Source of the DNA: Asterias rubens
Lineage: Eukaryota
NCBI RefSeq assembly: GCF_902459465.1
Contig: NC_047083.1
Coordinates: 2,728,001-2,792,000 of the forward strand
Direction: 5' to 3'
DNA length: 64,000 nt
The notes below the pieces were generated by a model, which saw only the letters and a list, made by a program, of their open reading frames with translations, did no database searches and was not told where the DNA came from. The translations under genes and the position numbers were made by a program. Below, piece by piece: positions 12,392-24,753 of this stretch (position 1 is the first letter of the stretch; each line of letters begins with the position of its first letter).

Positions 12392-15300
12392 ATGGGAACA
12401 GTTCATGCAAAGGTAATGTAAATACGAATAATCATCTATTTATTCTATAAAAATAACCTGTATTATGTGAAAAGCAGACGAAATCAGACGAAATTAATAT
12501 TAATAAATCATCAGAATCAGATTCACTTCACCCTTCAGCGATCGAGTGAGTGAGAGTGGGTGCTTCCCCACTCAGACTCAGAGCATTTCTACCTCCATGC
12601 TCAGAGTCAGAGTGGCAGCGATGCAATTGCAATGCATTTATACCAATAGTATTGAATAATGAAAATTCAATGCTGATCTTTTGCAGTGCAAGGTTGGAAA
12701 GGGGTGGGAGAAGGGTTGGGTGTGACATTTTTCGTCATGTTCGTAGGGAAATGTTTTGTTGATTTCTGATTAATTGGTATTGATAAGGGATAACATTTTG
12801 TATGGCGCCAACACTTTTTCACCCTTTTTTACAAAAAGGGATATCTCACTGAGGTAAATTAGATACACTAGGCCTATATTATTTCATATCGAATGAAAAA
12901 GTGGTGGTGCCATATGGAAACTTTTCCTTGAAGGCCGCATAGAGAATAGAAATAGAATATATTGAGAAGCGAAAGAGCTGTCCTTTCTCTATGTATGATT
13001 GAGTTGATGAGGAACCTTGAATCTGACAAAAACTTCAATCAAGCACAGCAAGCATTTGAGTGAATTTTGTTTAATTGAAATAATTGAAATGGAACTGTAA
13101 AAAATTTTAATATGTAATTCATTCATGTACCAAAGAAATGGTGTAGTGTTGGCAGCTTTCATTAAAATTGAGATTTTTCTTTTAATTTTTGAAGGAGCCA
13201 GAGATTAACAATATGAATGAAGAGCATCGTTCCCATGACAACATGTCTGAAGACCATCATCGTAATCACCATGTCTTTCATGGTGATATAAAGGCAAGTG
13301 AAATTTTCAATTTATTAAATTGAATGTAATTCAGCTTATTCTACAGAGAATCGTAACCCTTCGTCTTCTTAACCAAAATAGGTTAAGGTTGAGAAAGTAC
13401 ACATTGAAGGCCTGGGGAGGACCAAAGATGACATGGTTACAAAACACGTCAATCAACTCTTCAAAGCGCAAACCTTCAAAGACGTCATCTTGAAGTCGGG
13501 TGTCGTGAAGCAAGAACTAGAGGAGCTAGGAGTGTTCCAAGGAGTCGGAGTGTTCATAGACACAAGCAAAGGTTAGTCCAGGCCTGTATGATTCGTTTTT
13601 TGAAAGGGAAAGGGCACCAAGGCGTTCTCATCTTAGTAAAGGGCACCCTATGAGTAAATTGTAAACTTCTATTGGAGCATTTCAAAGGCACCAAGGCAAT
13701 GACCAGGGGGCGTGGTGGCAGTTGCCTTCGTTGCCTCCATGAAGTATCAGGCCTGTTAGTTTTTCTGCTTCGAAAACCTTTGTAACTTCTCGCTAAAGGT
13801 TAATCGATGCTAAACGTTTTTTTCTTTAATCAAAATCAGCCAACAAAAGGCTACTCTAAAGCGCCTGTCTCAAAGGGTGTAACTTACTATTTCTTATCTT
13901 GTTATTTTGGTTCAGGCCCAGAGGCAAGACCAGATGGTTTGGACGTCACAGTCATTGTCAAAGAAATGCGGAGGATTACTGGCAATGCTCACACCTCTGT
14001 AGGAAACAACGAAGGCAGCTTGGTAAGAATAATAAATCTCCACCATTGATCTCTTTTATATTGACTGGATAGGACACATCTGGTGCATTGTACCACGTCT
14101 AGTGTAAGTGATCAACGGCGTGGCACGCTTTAGAGGGCTTACAAGTAAAAACATGCATGCGCAGAGGACTTGTTAGCAGTCGCCATTGATCTCTAGAGAT
14201 CAATGGCACACACCTATTAATGATTCAATGGTTATCCAAACACTAACAAACTACATGACTTCAGACGGAGCCGTTTCTCACAATGTTTTATACTATCAAC
14301 AGCTCTCCATTGCTCATTACCAAGTAAAGTTTTATGCTAACAATTATTTTGAGTAATTACCAATAGTGTCCAGTACCTAATAATAGTTCTTATTTTTCAC
14401 ACCATGCAAAGCTTTTAACATCACTTTGACAATGCTGTTGGAATAATTTGTCTGATCTTTTTCCCCTCCAGGTCTTGGGAGTCAAATGCCCTAATTTATT
14501 TGGGCGGGCTGAGAATCTCGCCGCTGAGTATTCAAGAGGCACTAAGCACTCCATCGGATTCAACACAACGTTTACTAAACCTCTGCGTGGAAACCAACAA
14601 AAGAGGTAAGGGAACTTTGCAACAATCAAACATGTGATATCCACAACACTACAACAACAAAAATGAGATCTGCCATTTTTACCGCGGGCCTTTTTTGTGT
14701 GAGATACAACGGTGAGAAAATAGAATTAGCTGTTGCAATCAACTTACCAACCAAAAAGAGCGAGTAAGAGTAAATATAAATAATGAATAATAAACTTGGG
14801 GGTACAACTATGGGTAAAATCTCTTTTGAAGAACGAGGTTAAAAATGCAAAAAATAGTTATTGGCCTGACGGTTTGACCCTAGCAGAGCCTTTCTCGAAG
14901 GTCATTACAAAACCGAGTTACAAAATTTTTTTGCACAGGGGTGACAAGTTTCTATTTTTCGCTGTTTCTCAAAATTATGGTTGGAATTTTTCTCCTGAGC
15001 TGCAGGTTCACAGTGAGTGCTTTTAGAACGTCTGGCGATTTCCCGTCGAGTTCCTACAAAGAAACCGACAATGGTGTCCTTCTTGATCTTGTGGTAAGTA
15101 GTCAGCTTTATTCATTCTGTATCTTCGTTCTGTATCTCCATTCCGTATTTTCATTCTGTATCTTCATTCTGTATCTTCATTCTGTATCTTCATTCTGTTT
15201 CTTCATGCTGTATCTTCATTCTGTATCTTCATTCTGCATCTTCACTCTGTATCTTCATTCTGTACATTCATTCTGTATCTTCATTCTATATCTTCATTCT

Positions 15301-18300
15301 GTACATTCATTCTTGTCTTCGTTCTATATCTTCATTCTCTATCTCCATTCTGTATGCTTCATTCAGTCTGTGCAAAACTACTGTTCACTGTAAACCAAAT
15401 ACTTCATCAGGGATCGATTCCACATAGAGCTAAGATTGATCTTAACTGTGTATTAATCTTAACTTCTAAGCCAAGTGCAGGCCTTGAACTTCACTCAAAT
15501 TTTTGACTCCCATAAATGGCCGACCGTGTTAGTTCGCAAAGTCAAAGGAAAACCACGCAATTTCGAGGCAAATGTGTGTGGACCATTGTATTCTACTTTT
15601 AAAATATCTTTCTAATCATATATATGCATTTTATAATAAATGGTTTCAAACGCTTTGCGAATACCAACTCGACCGATCCAAGGCAACGTGTTCCTTTAAA
15701 CTGTATTGGAACTTTGCAAAGGGCACCACAACAAAAGCACAGGGCACCACTGCAATTGCTGTGGTTGCCTTCGGCTATTTCAAGGCCTGAAAGTGTGATG
15801 TCACAATATAACAAAACGTGTAAAACTTTGCCAGTATTGAATTTTTCGTCATCAAGGCAGTCATAACATACTTCTCACTTTGTTTGATTTTGTTGTGTTT
15901 TTTGTAGCTACCAAGCTTTCTTGGTGAGCATAGCTTCAAATGGGAAGGCAACTGGAGAGATATTTCTTGTTTGTCACGGACGGCGTCCTTTGCTGTACGG
16001 GAGATGTCAGGGCACTCTGTGAAGTCATCAGTCAAGGTAAAGGTCACAAAGGTCATACCATGCCGGGGATGCCCATTCCTAAGGAGTCTAATTAACAGAG
16101 GGGATTACATGGAGACTAGAGCAAGCTAGTCGAAATTATGAAACCAAAATTAATAATAATAATCAACCGTTCTTATAAAGCGCATTACACATGGAGTGTC
16201 AAAGCGCTGTTTAAAGTCAAAAAAGAAAAACAAACAAAGTTAGATAAACTTTAACAAGTGAGTTTTGAGATGGCGTTTGAATAAATCCAGAGTTTGTGCG
16301 TCTTTGGGGAGTTTGTTCCAAAGAGTAGGAGAAGACGTGGAAAATGCACGTTGGCCGTAAAACTTGCTTCGTGGTAGTGAAGTTAACAACGATCCACTAA
16401 ATTATATTTGTGAAAATGTTTTACTCATTTCTCAAAAAACTACAGCACCTCAGCAAGTAATATTTTAAGGGAAGCTTTCTACCGTCATTATCTTTAAACT
16501 GTGTAACTTTAATGTAAATCTGTGGATATTGTGTTTTGTGTCCTACAAAAAGTAGTACCCAAACCCTTGGAGCTTTCCAGTAATGTGATTGTTTATGTTG
16601 ACTTACTCTACAGCATTTATATACGAGGGATACGCGTAACGAGCGCATCTACCCAACCCAGGGTTACCTCCTTCAGCTATCCCAGGAGCTTGCCGGGTTT
16701 AAAGCTCTCGGTGGGGACGTCCAGTTCCTGAAGGGAGAGGCAGAGCTACAAATGAACAGGAAGTTCTTCTCGGATTGCGTAAGAAAAATCTCGATTTCAA
16801 AGACCAGCTTTATTTGAATTTTCGTTTTACCCATATACACTCATGTGTGTTAGTATTACATACTCAGTACTATACTCAGTTCTTTCCAAAGCTCTGTAAA
16901 AAAAAATCCCAGGCAAATCACTCGGTTGGGATTCGAACCCACAACCTTAGCAATTCTAGAGCAGTGTCTTACCAACTAGACCACCGAGATTGCCCGGTAG
17001 CTAGAGGCTATACTTTAGCAGTGGTTAAACCGGCAGTAAAACCAAAATTAATTTTCTTTATCCCTGATGCAAATTTCCATATATTAAAACAGTTTTATTT
17101 GATTGGTTTGATTTAGGTTCTCTCCTGCTCACTCCAAGCCGGTCTGATGAAACCATTTAACTACACAGAAACAAGAATAAACGACAGGTTCTTTATCGGT
17201 GGGCCGACGTCAGTCAGAGGGTTTAACTTTCGAGGACTGGGTCCCCACACAGATGGTAAGTTAACTATATAAAAGATAAACCTAATCTATTTTCTGGTTA
17301 CTTAACTAGTTAAATGGATAAAAAACTACTATAGTGGTTGGTTAACAAGTTTTAGTGGTTTACATAAACCCATTGTTGAATAAGCGAGGGGTTGGGATGT
17401 CATGCAGATTTTGGATTGTCTTTTTAATTTAAGATTTGATCTGAAGAGTGTTTACTTCTGGCTTTTCCATTTTACTCAGCTTTACCTCATGAAATGGAAT
17501 AGTCCACAATTCACCTCTTGATTATATTCTGCACACACTGCGCTCAAACGCATCCAATATTTGTATTTAGTGCATCATTTGTGTTTTGATGAGCAAACTT
17601 AATCTCTGGTTGGTAAGACACTGCTCTAGAATTGCAAAGGTTGTGGGTTCGAATCCCACCCGAGAAATATGCCTGTGACTTTTCTTACAGAGCTCGAGAA
17701 AGTACTGAGTATACAGTACTATTACACATGGGTGTATATGGGTAAAACAATAACTAATAAACTCAATCACAGGTATACTGATCGAAACGCTGAGTTGAAA
17801 ACAACGGTTTTTTTTCAGAACCACCCGAACTCATTTAGAGATTACCATTTTCATGATAATACTGCAAACCTTACTATATCAAAATAAATCTCAACGAGCC
17901 AGTTTTTAATTTAAAACACTAGTTTCTTTATGTCATTTTTTCTTCTACTTTTTCTTGTAGGGGATTCAGTCGGGGGCGAGGCCTACTGGGCAACCGGGCT
18001 CCACCTCTACACCCCTCTCCCGTTTATGCCCGGTAGGGGTGGACTGGGCGACCTCATACGAACCCATGTTTTCCTAAATGCGGGGAATCTATGTAATCTT
18101 AATCTAGGTAAGTTTGATGATTTTCTACAGAATCTGTTTTCAAAACTGCAGTTCTTTTACCTTTATCTCCCTAAAGAACTTTTCCTCAACCAATTTTTTG
18201 TGTGAAAATTTTCCAACAGAAGAACAAAATATCCACCAACACCTAGAACAACTGAGAGAGAATTTCCGATGGAGCTACGGAGCAGGTATCATTCTGAGAC

Positions 18301-18874
18301 TAGGGAGAATCGCACGATTTGAGCTCAACTATGTCATACCCAAAACGGCACAGCCGATGGATAGGTGAGTACAGCAATGAGACATTTAAGACTTTCATCG
18401 GAAAAGACGTTGCTCGCTCGCGTTTATCGAGAACGAGGAAGTCTATGCAAGAGGCGTATTCAGGAAATGCGGCAGTATTGCTCCCAGAAGGGGATACAAA
18501 CATTGGTTTATCGCCTATGATTATGTAATAGATGTTAAACTTGCATTTGGATAAAGAATATTAATTTGGTTTTTACCCATACACCGATGTGTGTAAGCAC
18601 TGTATACTGAGTCTTTTCCCAATTCCTGTGATTATGGTTTGCACAAAACAATCAATTAGGAATCAGTAACTCAACGACAATACTTATTCTAGTCATTGTG
18701 AAATCAGCAGTTAGCCTGGCCGGAATCGAACCCACATCCTTGTGACTGCAAATTCTTTGGTTTAACCACTTGACTAATTTATCAGATAATACTAATTTAC
18801 ATTTTTTTCTTTTTTTTGCATTTGACAGTGTGAATGCTGGTCTGCAATTTGGCGTAGGTCTAAGCTTCTTGTAA
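12392..18874 (+). CDS. SAMM50: Sorting and assembly machinery component 50 (Omp85 beta-barrel), 469 aa
   Basis: Exons 12392-12412, 13195-13293, 13382-13571, 13916-14022, 14472-14605, 15006-15093, 15908-16036, 16614-16778, 17117-17255, 17961-18107, 18220-18364 and 18829-18874 (1410 nt). Motifs [15 protein letters not shown] (POTRA), [28 protein letters not shown] and the C-terminal beta-signal [10 protein letters not shown]. Intron 2 is GC-AG. Confidence 0.97.
15111..15370. repeat. 13-mer minisatellite (TTCATTCTGTATC)n in SAMM50 intron 6
   Basis: About 20 imperfect units. Confidence 0.9.
16150..16395 (-). mobile_element. L2-clade LINE 3' end
   Basis: Minus strand reads [18 protein letters not shown]...[10 protein letters not shown], followed by a 3' UTR and (TTA)n tail; typical L2 ORF2 C-terminus. 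Confidence 0.75.
16815..17085. mobile_element. Internally deleted copy of the tRNA-headed palindromic element
   Basis: Left arm plus right terminus (aaccaaaattaat...gatgcaaattt) of the 32693-33093 element. Confidence 0.8.
17606..17748. mobile_element. Right-arm fragment of the tRNA-headed palindromic element
   Basis: ggttggtaagacactgctctagaattgc...gggttcgaatcccacccgag...atgggtaaaac; inverted relative to 16824-16980. Confidence 0.8.
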
Positions 18875-19347
18875 GCTTCTTGTAAGGACAATAATTGTCT
18901 TGCCACCCTCACCCACCAGACCCAAGTAGCTGTGACTTATCAATGTGGCTCTCTATTGGCAGAAATGGTCCAACCAACAACAAAAGGCAGTGGGGAAGAG
19001 AGAGAGCGCAGAAATACATCTGGGCCCAATTTCATAAAGTTGCCAAAAGGCACTATTTACCAAGAGTGTCCAGTGCCACTGGACACTCTTTGTAAATAGG
19101 TCAATAATCAAAATAATTGTTAGCATAAAAACTTTTACTTGGTAACGAGCAATGGAGAGCTGTTGATAGTATAAAACATTTTGAGAAAGGGCTCCCTCTG
19201 GAGTAACAAAGTTTTTTTTGAAAGAGGTAATTTCTCACTCAAATAATACAAACCTTCAGGTAAAGCCTAAGGCATCTGAAAACACGCACATGTGTGCAAG
19301 AAGGGTGTTTTTTCTTCCATTATTCTCTCGCAACTTTGACGACCAAT

Positions 19348-19489
19348 GGGAGACTTTGGAACGCTAGATGGCAGCAGACTTACCAGGTAAATGTCCATTG
19401 TTTACATAGTTCTGAGCCTGCGTACATTACCGAGAACAATGAATTTTACCTGGTAAGTCTGCTGCCACCGAGCGTCCCAAAAGTCTCCC
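19348..19489. mobile_element. 142-bp MITE (GGGAGACTTT...AAAGTCTCCC, AT TSD) nested in a Kolobok-type MITE
   Basis: AT at 19346-19347 and 19490-19491. A second 142-bp copy lies at 62698-62839. RR..YY ends with a 2-bp TSD resemble ISL2EU (inference). Confidence 0.75.
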
Positions 19490-21131
19490 ATTGAGCCCAA
19501 AGTTCACAGGTTCGTTATTTTATGCATATGTTGGGATACACCAAGTGAGAATACTGGTCTTTGAAAATTACCAAAGGTATCCATTGTACCTCCGCTAAGG
19601 ATTGTTTTACGTTATGATTGCATGATTTGATGTGATAATGTTATTGAATTTTAACCATCATTTTATCAAAATGAATCTGTTAAAAAAAAAAGAATCAGAG
19701 TTGAAATTTCCTCTGGTAATAAGGGGCACTTCTTTTGACCCGATTCACCCGACTTCATCATCAGAAAATCTTGCATGCGCCATATTGGTGGGCATTGTCA
19801 TTGTTCAGTGAAGTGCGCATTTTAGGCGACGTAGCGTTTACATGTAAGCCTATTGCCAACCAAAATGGCAAGTGTGGCACATTCGCCAACCGTGACATGC
19901 GTGCAAGGGGTCAATAGGGAAAATGTATCTTTGTGTTGGAACCTTTCAGAGGGCACTACAGCAAAAACTCAGGGCACCAAGGCAATTGAGGCTGGTGCTG
20001 TGGGTTATTTTCGAGTCCATATTTTACACCCTCGCGCCATCAAAAATACTGCAAATTACCACATGTGTATTTGGTGAAATGTTGTCAAATTTTGGCGTCT
20101 TTAAGACAACTTTGTTAACAGATTGATATATAAGGAAATAAAAATGATATTTGGAATGAAAACAGAGAAGTTTGAGTTGACTTTTTCTTTTATTTTTGTT
20201 CACTTTCATAAACCTACAAAGTTTTTGCATTATTGGATTCAAAATTTCAAGAAATTCTTCACTATCCCGACGGGTTTTGTAGGTCAGAAATTCTACTGAA
20301 ATAAAAACAATTGAAATTCTTCAATTTTTTTTATTGTTTAGGATGAAGTTTTTAAGTTTAAAAGTTACAGAATAAAGCAGTCAAAAATACAAAAATAATG
20401 TTAAAAAAATAGTTTTAAGAAACAGTTAGGACTAGTCCTATGAGATACTAAAAACTTAAGGCTAGTCCTAAGTTAGTAACTCGAGATAAGACATCACAAT
20501 ATGCTTAGCACTTTAAGATTGATTTTACACTTGAAATCAAATCGACACCAGGCTTCAACTGGATAATTTTTTAAATAATTGCAAAAACCACACCCAAACA
20601 CTTTTGCACACACCGTTGTGGGGACTTCTTATTGCTATTGCTGTTTTTCTAATTTATTGTTTAGCGCTTTGATCTGTGGTAAAGGTGCTTTATAATCACC
20701 TATATTATTATAAATTATTATTATTCCCTTTTCCAAACATCATGTTGTGGGGCCAAGTTTAACAAAGAAAAACGTTGCAGAAACCTTTGTCCTATTGTGT
20801 GTAAGTCCCCACAGCTCTGGGTATACCAACAAACACCTTTCGAACACTTAGAGCAAGTTCGAGTGTACACATTTAGTCGACTACTGACCAGCAACAAACT
20901 TGTGCAGTGATGCTCTCACTCAAACGACTTGTTTCGAAGCCTAATTAGTATTCAACAATCCATTGCATTCCCATTGCATTCTCCGGGCTTTACACATGCA
21001 ACAGTATATTGGGATCAGTGATGAAGAAACTATGGTCATGAGGCTGGTTCCAAGTGGTCGATCACGGTAGTCAACCAATGGTCAACCAGCCTGGGTTTGA
21101 ATAAAAACAAGTCGACCTTTAGTTATAACCG

Positions 21132-21924
21132 CAGTGCACACTCGAACTTGCTTTAAGTTGTCCCTTGTCAAAAGAATTCCCTCGTCCAAGTTGAACAAAG
21201 AAAAACGGAGACCGTTGTTCCATAGTGTAAAAGACCCCACAACGGCATGTTCCTATCCAACCACAGTGCACACTCGAACTTGCTTTAAGTTGTCCCTTGT
21301 CAAAAGAATTCCCTTGTCCAAGTTGAACAAAGAAAAACGGAGACCGTTGTTCCATAGTGTAAAAGACCCCACAACGGCATGTTCCTATCCAACCACAGTG
21401 CACACTCGAACTTGCTTTAAGTTGTCCCTTGTCAAAAGAATTCCCTTGTCCAAGTTGAACAAAGAAAAACAGAGTCCGTTGTTCCATAGTGTAAAAGACC
21501 CCACAACGGTATGTTCCTATCCAACCACAGTGCACACTCGAACTTGCTTTAAGTTGTCCCTTGTCAAAAGAATTCCCTTGTCCAAGTTGAACAAAGAAAA
21601 ACAGAGTCCGTTGTTCCATAGTGTAAAAGACCCCACAACGGTATGTTCCTATCCAACCACAGTGCACACTCGAACTTGCTTTAAGTTGTCCCTTGTCAAA
21701 AGAATTCCCTTGTCCAAGTTGAACAAAGAAAAACAGAGTCCGTTGTTCCATAGTGTAAAAGACCCCACAACGGTATGTTCCTATCCAACCACAGTGCACA
21801 CTCGAACTTGCTTTAAGTTGTCCCTTGTCAAAAGAATTCCCTCGTCCAAGTTGAACAAAGAAAAACAGAGACCGTTGTTCCATAGTGTAAAAGACCCCAC
21901 AACGGTATGTTCCAATCCAACCAT
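21132..21924. repeat. 132-bp tandem array, about 6 copies
   Basis: cagtgcacactcgaacttgc recurs every 132 nt (21132, 21264, ...). Copies are near-identical. Confidence 0.95.
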
Positions 21925-22335
21925 CACCAACTAACCAAATAAAAAATATTTTAATATAAAAATAATTTGTTTAAACTCAAAAACCACAGCTAGAAATTTA
22001 CAATGCACCTTTAAAGTTATTTCCACACACGATATTTTTCAATAAAAAATAAATTTTACCTCATCATTCCTTCATTTAATTGTACCAAAGCTGGTACCCG
22101 TTTCTGGTAACCAACATTATTTTGCTAGGCTAATTTTTGTGCTTGATCAGCTCAATAGGTTTTGTTCTTTTTTAAATGCTCCCTCATATATATTATTTGC
22201 AGCATAACAAAACAATTAAAACGTATAAGGCACCATTCCATCAAGACCGCAGCGCACAAAATAGAAATGAACAGAATAATAATAATATTAATAGTGTTTT
22301 CTTATATAGCACTCAGTGACACTCAGGCGCTTTAA

Positions 22336-22604
22336 AGGCAGTGGACACTTGGTGTAATTAAAAATAAACTCATTAGCATAAAACCTTACTTGGTAACGAG
22401 TAATGGGGAGCAGTTGATAGTCAAAAAACATTGTGCATCTGAAAGCACACAACTTCGTATGACAAGGGTGTTTTTTTCTTTCATATCTCGCAACTTCGAC
22501 GACCAATTGAGCTCAAATTTTTCACAGGTTTGTTATTTTATGCTGTTGAGATACACCAAGTTAGAAGACTGGTCTCTGACAATTACCAATAGTGTCCAGT
22601 GTCT
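22336..22604. mobile_element. Kolobok-type MITE family A (AGGCAGTGGACAC...GTGTCCACTGCCT, TTAA TSD)
   Basis: TTAA at 22332-22335 and 22605-22608; internally deleted copy. Confidence 0.85.
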
Positions 22605-22960
22605 TTAACATACAGTATTTTCCTGCAAAGTATGTAAGACTTGTCTTTAAGAATGAGATCTACTCCTTTTAAATAGCACCATATAATGTCTTACAAGGTG
22701 CTGTGTGGCGCAATATGCTGCCAATCAAACCAGGAACACTGGGGAGAACCTCTTCTCTTTTCGACAAGTGCACTGGGTTCTTTAACGTGCGTAACACAGA
22801 TAAACTAAGGAAGCTACACCGACAGCTTTTGGACCCATAGACTTCAGGCTTAAAGCCTTTCATTACGCATCTGAAAGCACAACAAATTGTGCGTCAAGTA
22901 TGGGTGTTTTTTATTTCACTCTTCTCTTGCAACTTTGATGAGAAGTCTCCCGATTCTTAA

Positions 22961-23342
22961 AGGAACACCTTGCCTTGGATCGGACGAGTTGGTCTACAAA
23001 AAGCGTTTGAAACCGTTTGTTATGAAATGCATATGGTTAGAAAGATGTTTTAAAAGTAGAATATAACGGTTCACACAAGTATCACTCCAAATTGCACGGT
23101 TTTCGTTTTACGTCGTAAACTAACACGGTCGGCCATTTATGCGAGTAAAAAATTTGACTCCCATAAATGGCCGACTGTGTTAGTTGATGAGGTAAAAAGA
23201 AAACGACGCAATTTCGAGGCATATTTTTGTAGATCATTGTATTCCACTCCTACAACATCTTTCTAACCGTGTCGATTTTATAACGAACGATACAGAATGC
23301 TTTTCAAAGACCAACTCGACCGATCCAAGGCAGCGTGTTCCT
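22961..23342. mobile_element. Kolobok-type MITE family B
   Basis: TTAA at 22957-22960 and 23343-23346; homologous to 9106-9490. Confidence 0.85.
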
Positions 23343-23509
23343 TTAAAATCTACAGCAATACAGTTCTCTAAAGAACAAAAGTCTACCTAGTGCGTAACTT
23401 ATTTGTATACACATGGTGTTACAACAATACAAATATTTATTGATACCTCATCATGCAAGCCCTCAAATCCCATATCATGTTGTTGTGCTTAGCTACTTTC
23501 GGTACTTAA

Positions 23510-23892
23510 AGGCAGTGGACACTATTGGTAATTACTCAAAATATTTATCATCATAAAACCTTTCTTGATTACGAGTAATGGGGAGAGATGGACGGTATAA
23601 AACATTGTGAAACAGAAACAGCTTCCTTTGAAGTGACATAGTTTTTGAGAAAGAAGTAACTTTCCACTAATTCGATTTCGAGACCTCAAGTTTAGAACTT
23701 GAGGTCTCGAAATCAAGCATCAGAAAGCACACAACTTCGTGTGACAAGGGTGTTTTTTTCTTTCATGATTATCTCGCAAATTCGACGACCGATTGAGCTC
23801 AAATTTTCACAGGTTTGTTATTCTATGCATATGTTAAGATACACCAACTATGAAGGCTAGTCTTTGACAATTACCAATAGTGTCCACTGTCT
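23510..23892. mobile_element. Kolobok-type MITE family A
   Basis: TTAA-AGGCAGTGGACACTATTGG ... CCAATAGTGTCCACTGTCT-TTAT. Confidence 0.85.
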
Positions 23893-24521
23893 TTATGAAA
23901 TCCGACTGCTGTGATGTGTTAAAGTTGGTTAAATATTTTAAGTGAGCTTCTCTACTAGCTGCAAGGTATTTTTTATGATAGTGATAAAATAAATCTTAGG
24001 CAAAAACTTTGTAATTATACAAAAATATAAAGCTATAATTTAAAGTTTGCTTAGCAAAAATAAAATCACAACCATGCAAGCAAAGCTCGTTATAAATTTA
24101 TGACATGATTATTTGTTTTTCATCTTAGTTTAATAAATATTTTGTATTTAATAAGTCTCGTCACCAGCAATCATCTTCGCTTCTCCCTATTAAGTAATTT
24201 AGTTTTAGAGAAAGAGATTTATTTCCTCCTGAAAATTTTGAATCTGAGAAAGGTATTAGGCATAGATTCTGTCTAAGGCATCTGAAAGCACACAATCCTA
24301 TGCAACACAGGTATCTTTTATGTCGTTTTTTTTTTCTTGCAACTACGATGACCAATTCAAGTTTCACAAGTTTGTCATTTTACGCAAAACGTTGGGATAC
24401 TTGTCTTTAGCCACGTTCCCAATGGATTTTTTTCCCCCCCGGCCATGCGGAAAGTTACCCTGAATGGCTTTGCATAGTGATTGGTGTAATTCTACCGTGC
24501 GTTCCCACCTGGGATTATATT

Positions 24522-24753
24522 CTGTGACGTTTGTAAAGCCTTTTACAGCGTGGTCGCAGTAGGTTTGCAGCGCAGAGCTGTTCCCATTGCACCTTAATAT
24601 TCCGCGACGTTTGTAAAGCCTTTTACAGCGTGGTGGTCGCAGTAGGTTTGCAGCGCAGAGCTGTTCCCATTGCACCTTAATATTCCGCGACGTTTGTAAA
24701 GCCTTTTACAGCGTGGTGGTCGCAGTAGGTTTGCAGCGCAGAGCTGTTCCCAT
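24522..24753. repeat. About 83-bp tandem repeat x3
   Basis: ccgcgacgtttgtaaagcc at 24602 and 24685. The first unit is 3 nt shorter. Confidence 0.9.

Noticed and set aside
14941-15393. 150-aa hydrophobic ORF
   Set aside because: It is SAMM50 exon 6 read through into a 13-mer minisatellite.
21132-21924. CRISPR-like array
   Set aside because: The whole unit repeats with no unique spacers, there are no cas genes, and the context is eukaryotic.
21119-21934. 266-aa (+) and 254-aa (-) ORFs as protein-coding genes
   Set aside because: Both are products of a 132-bp (44-codon) tandem unit, with no splice signals, no recognisable domain and near-identical DNA units.
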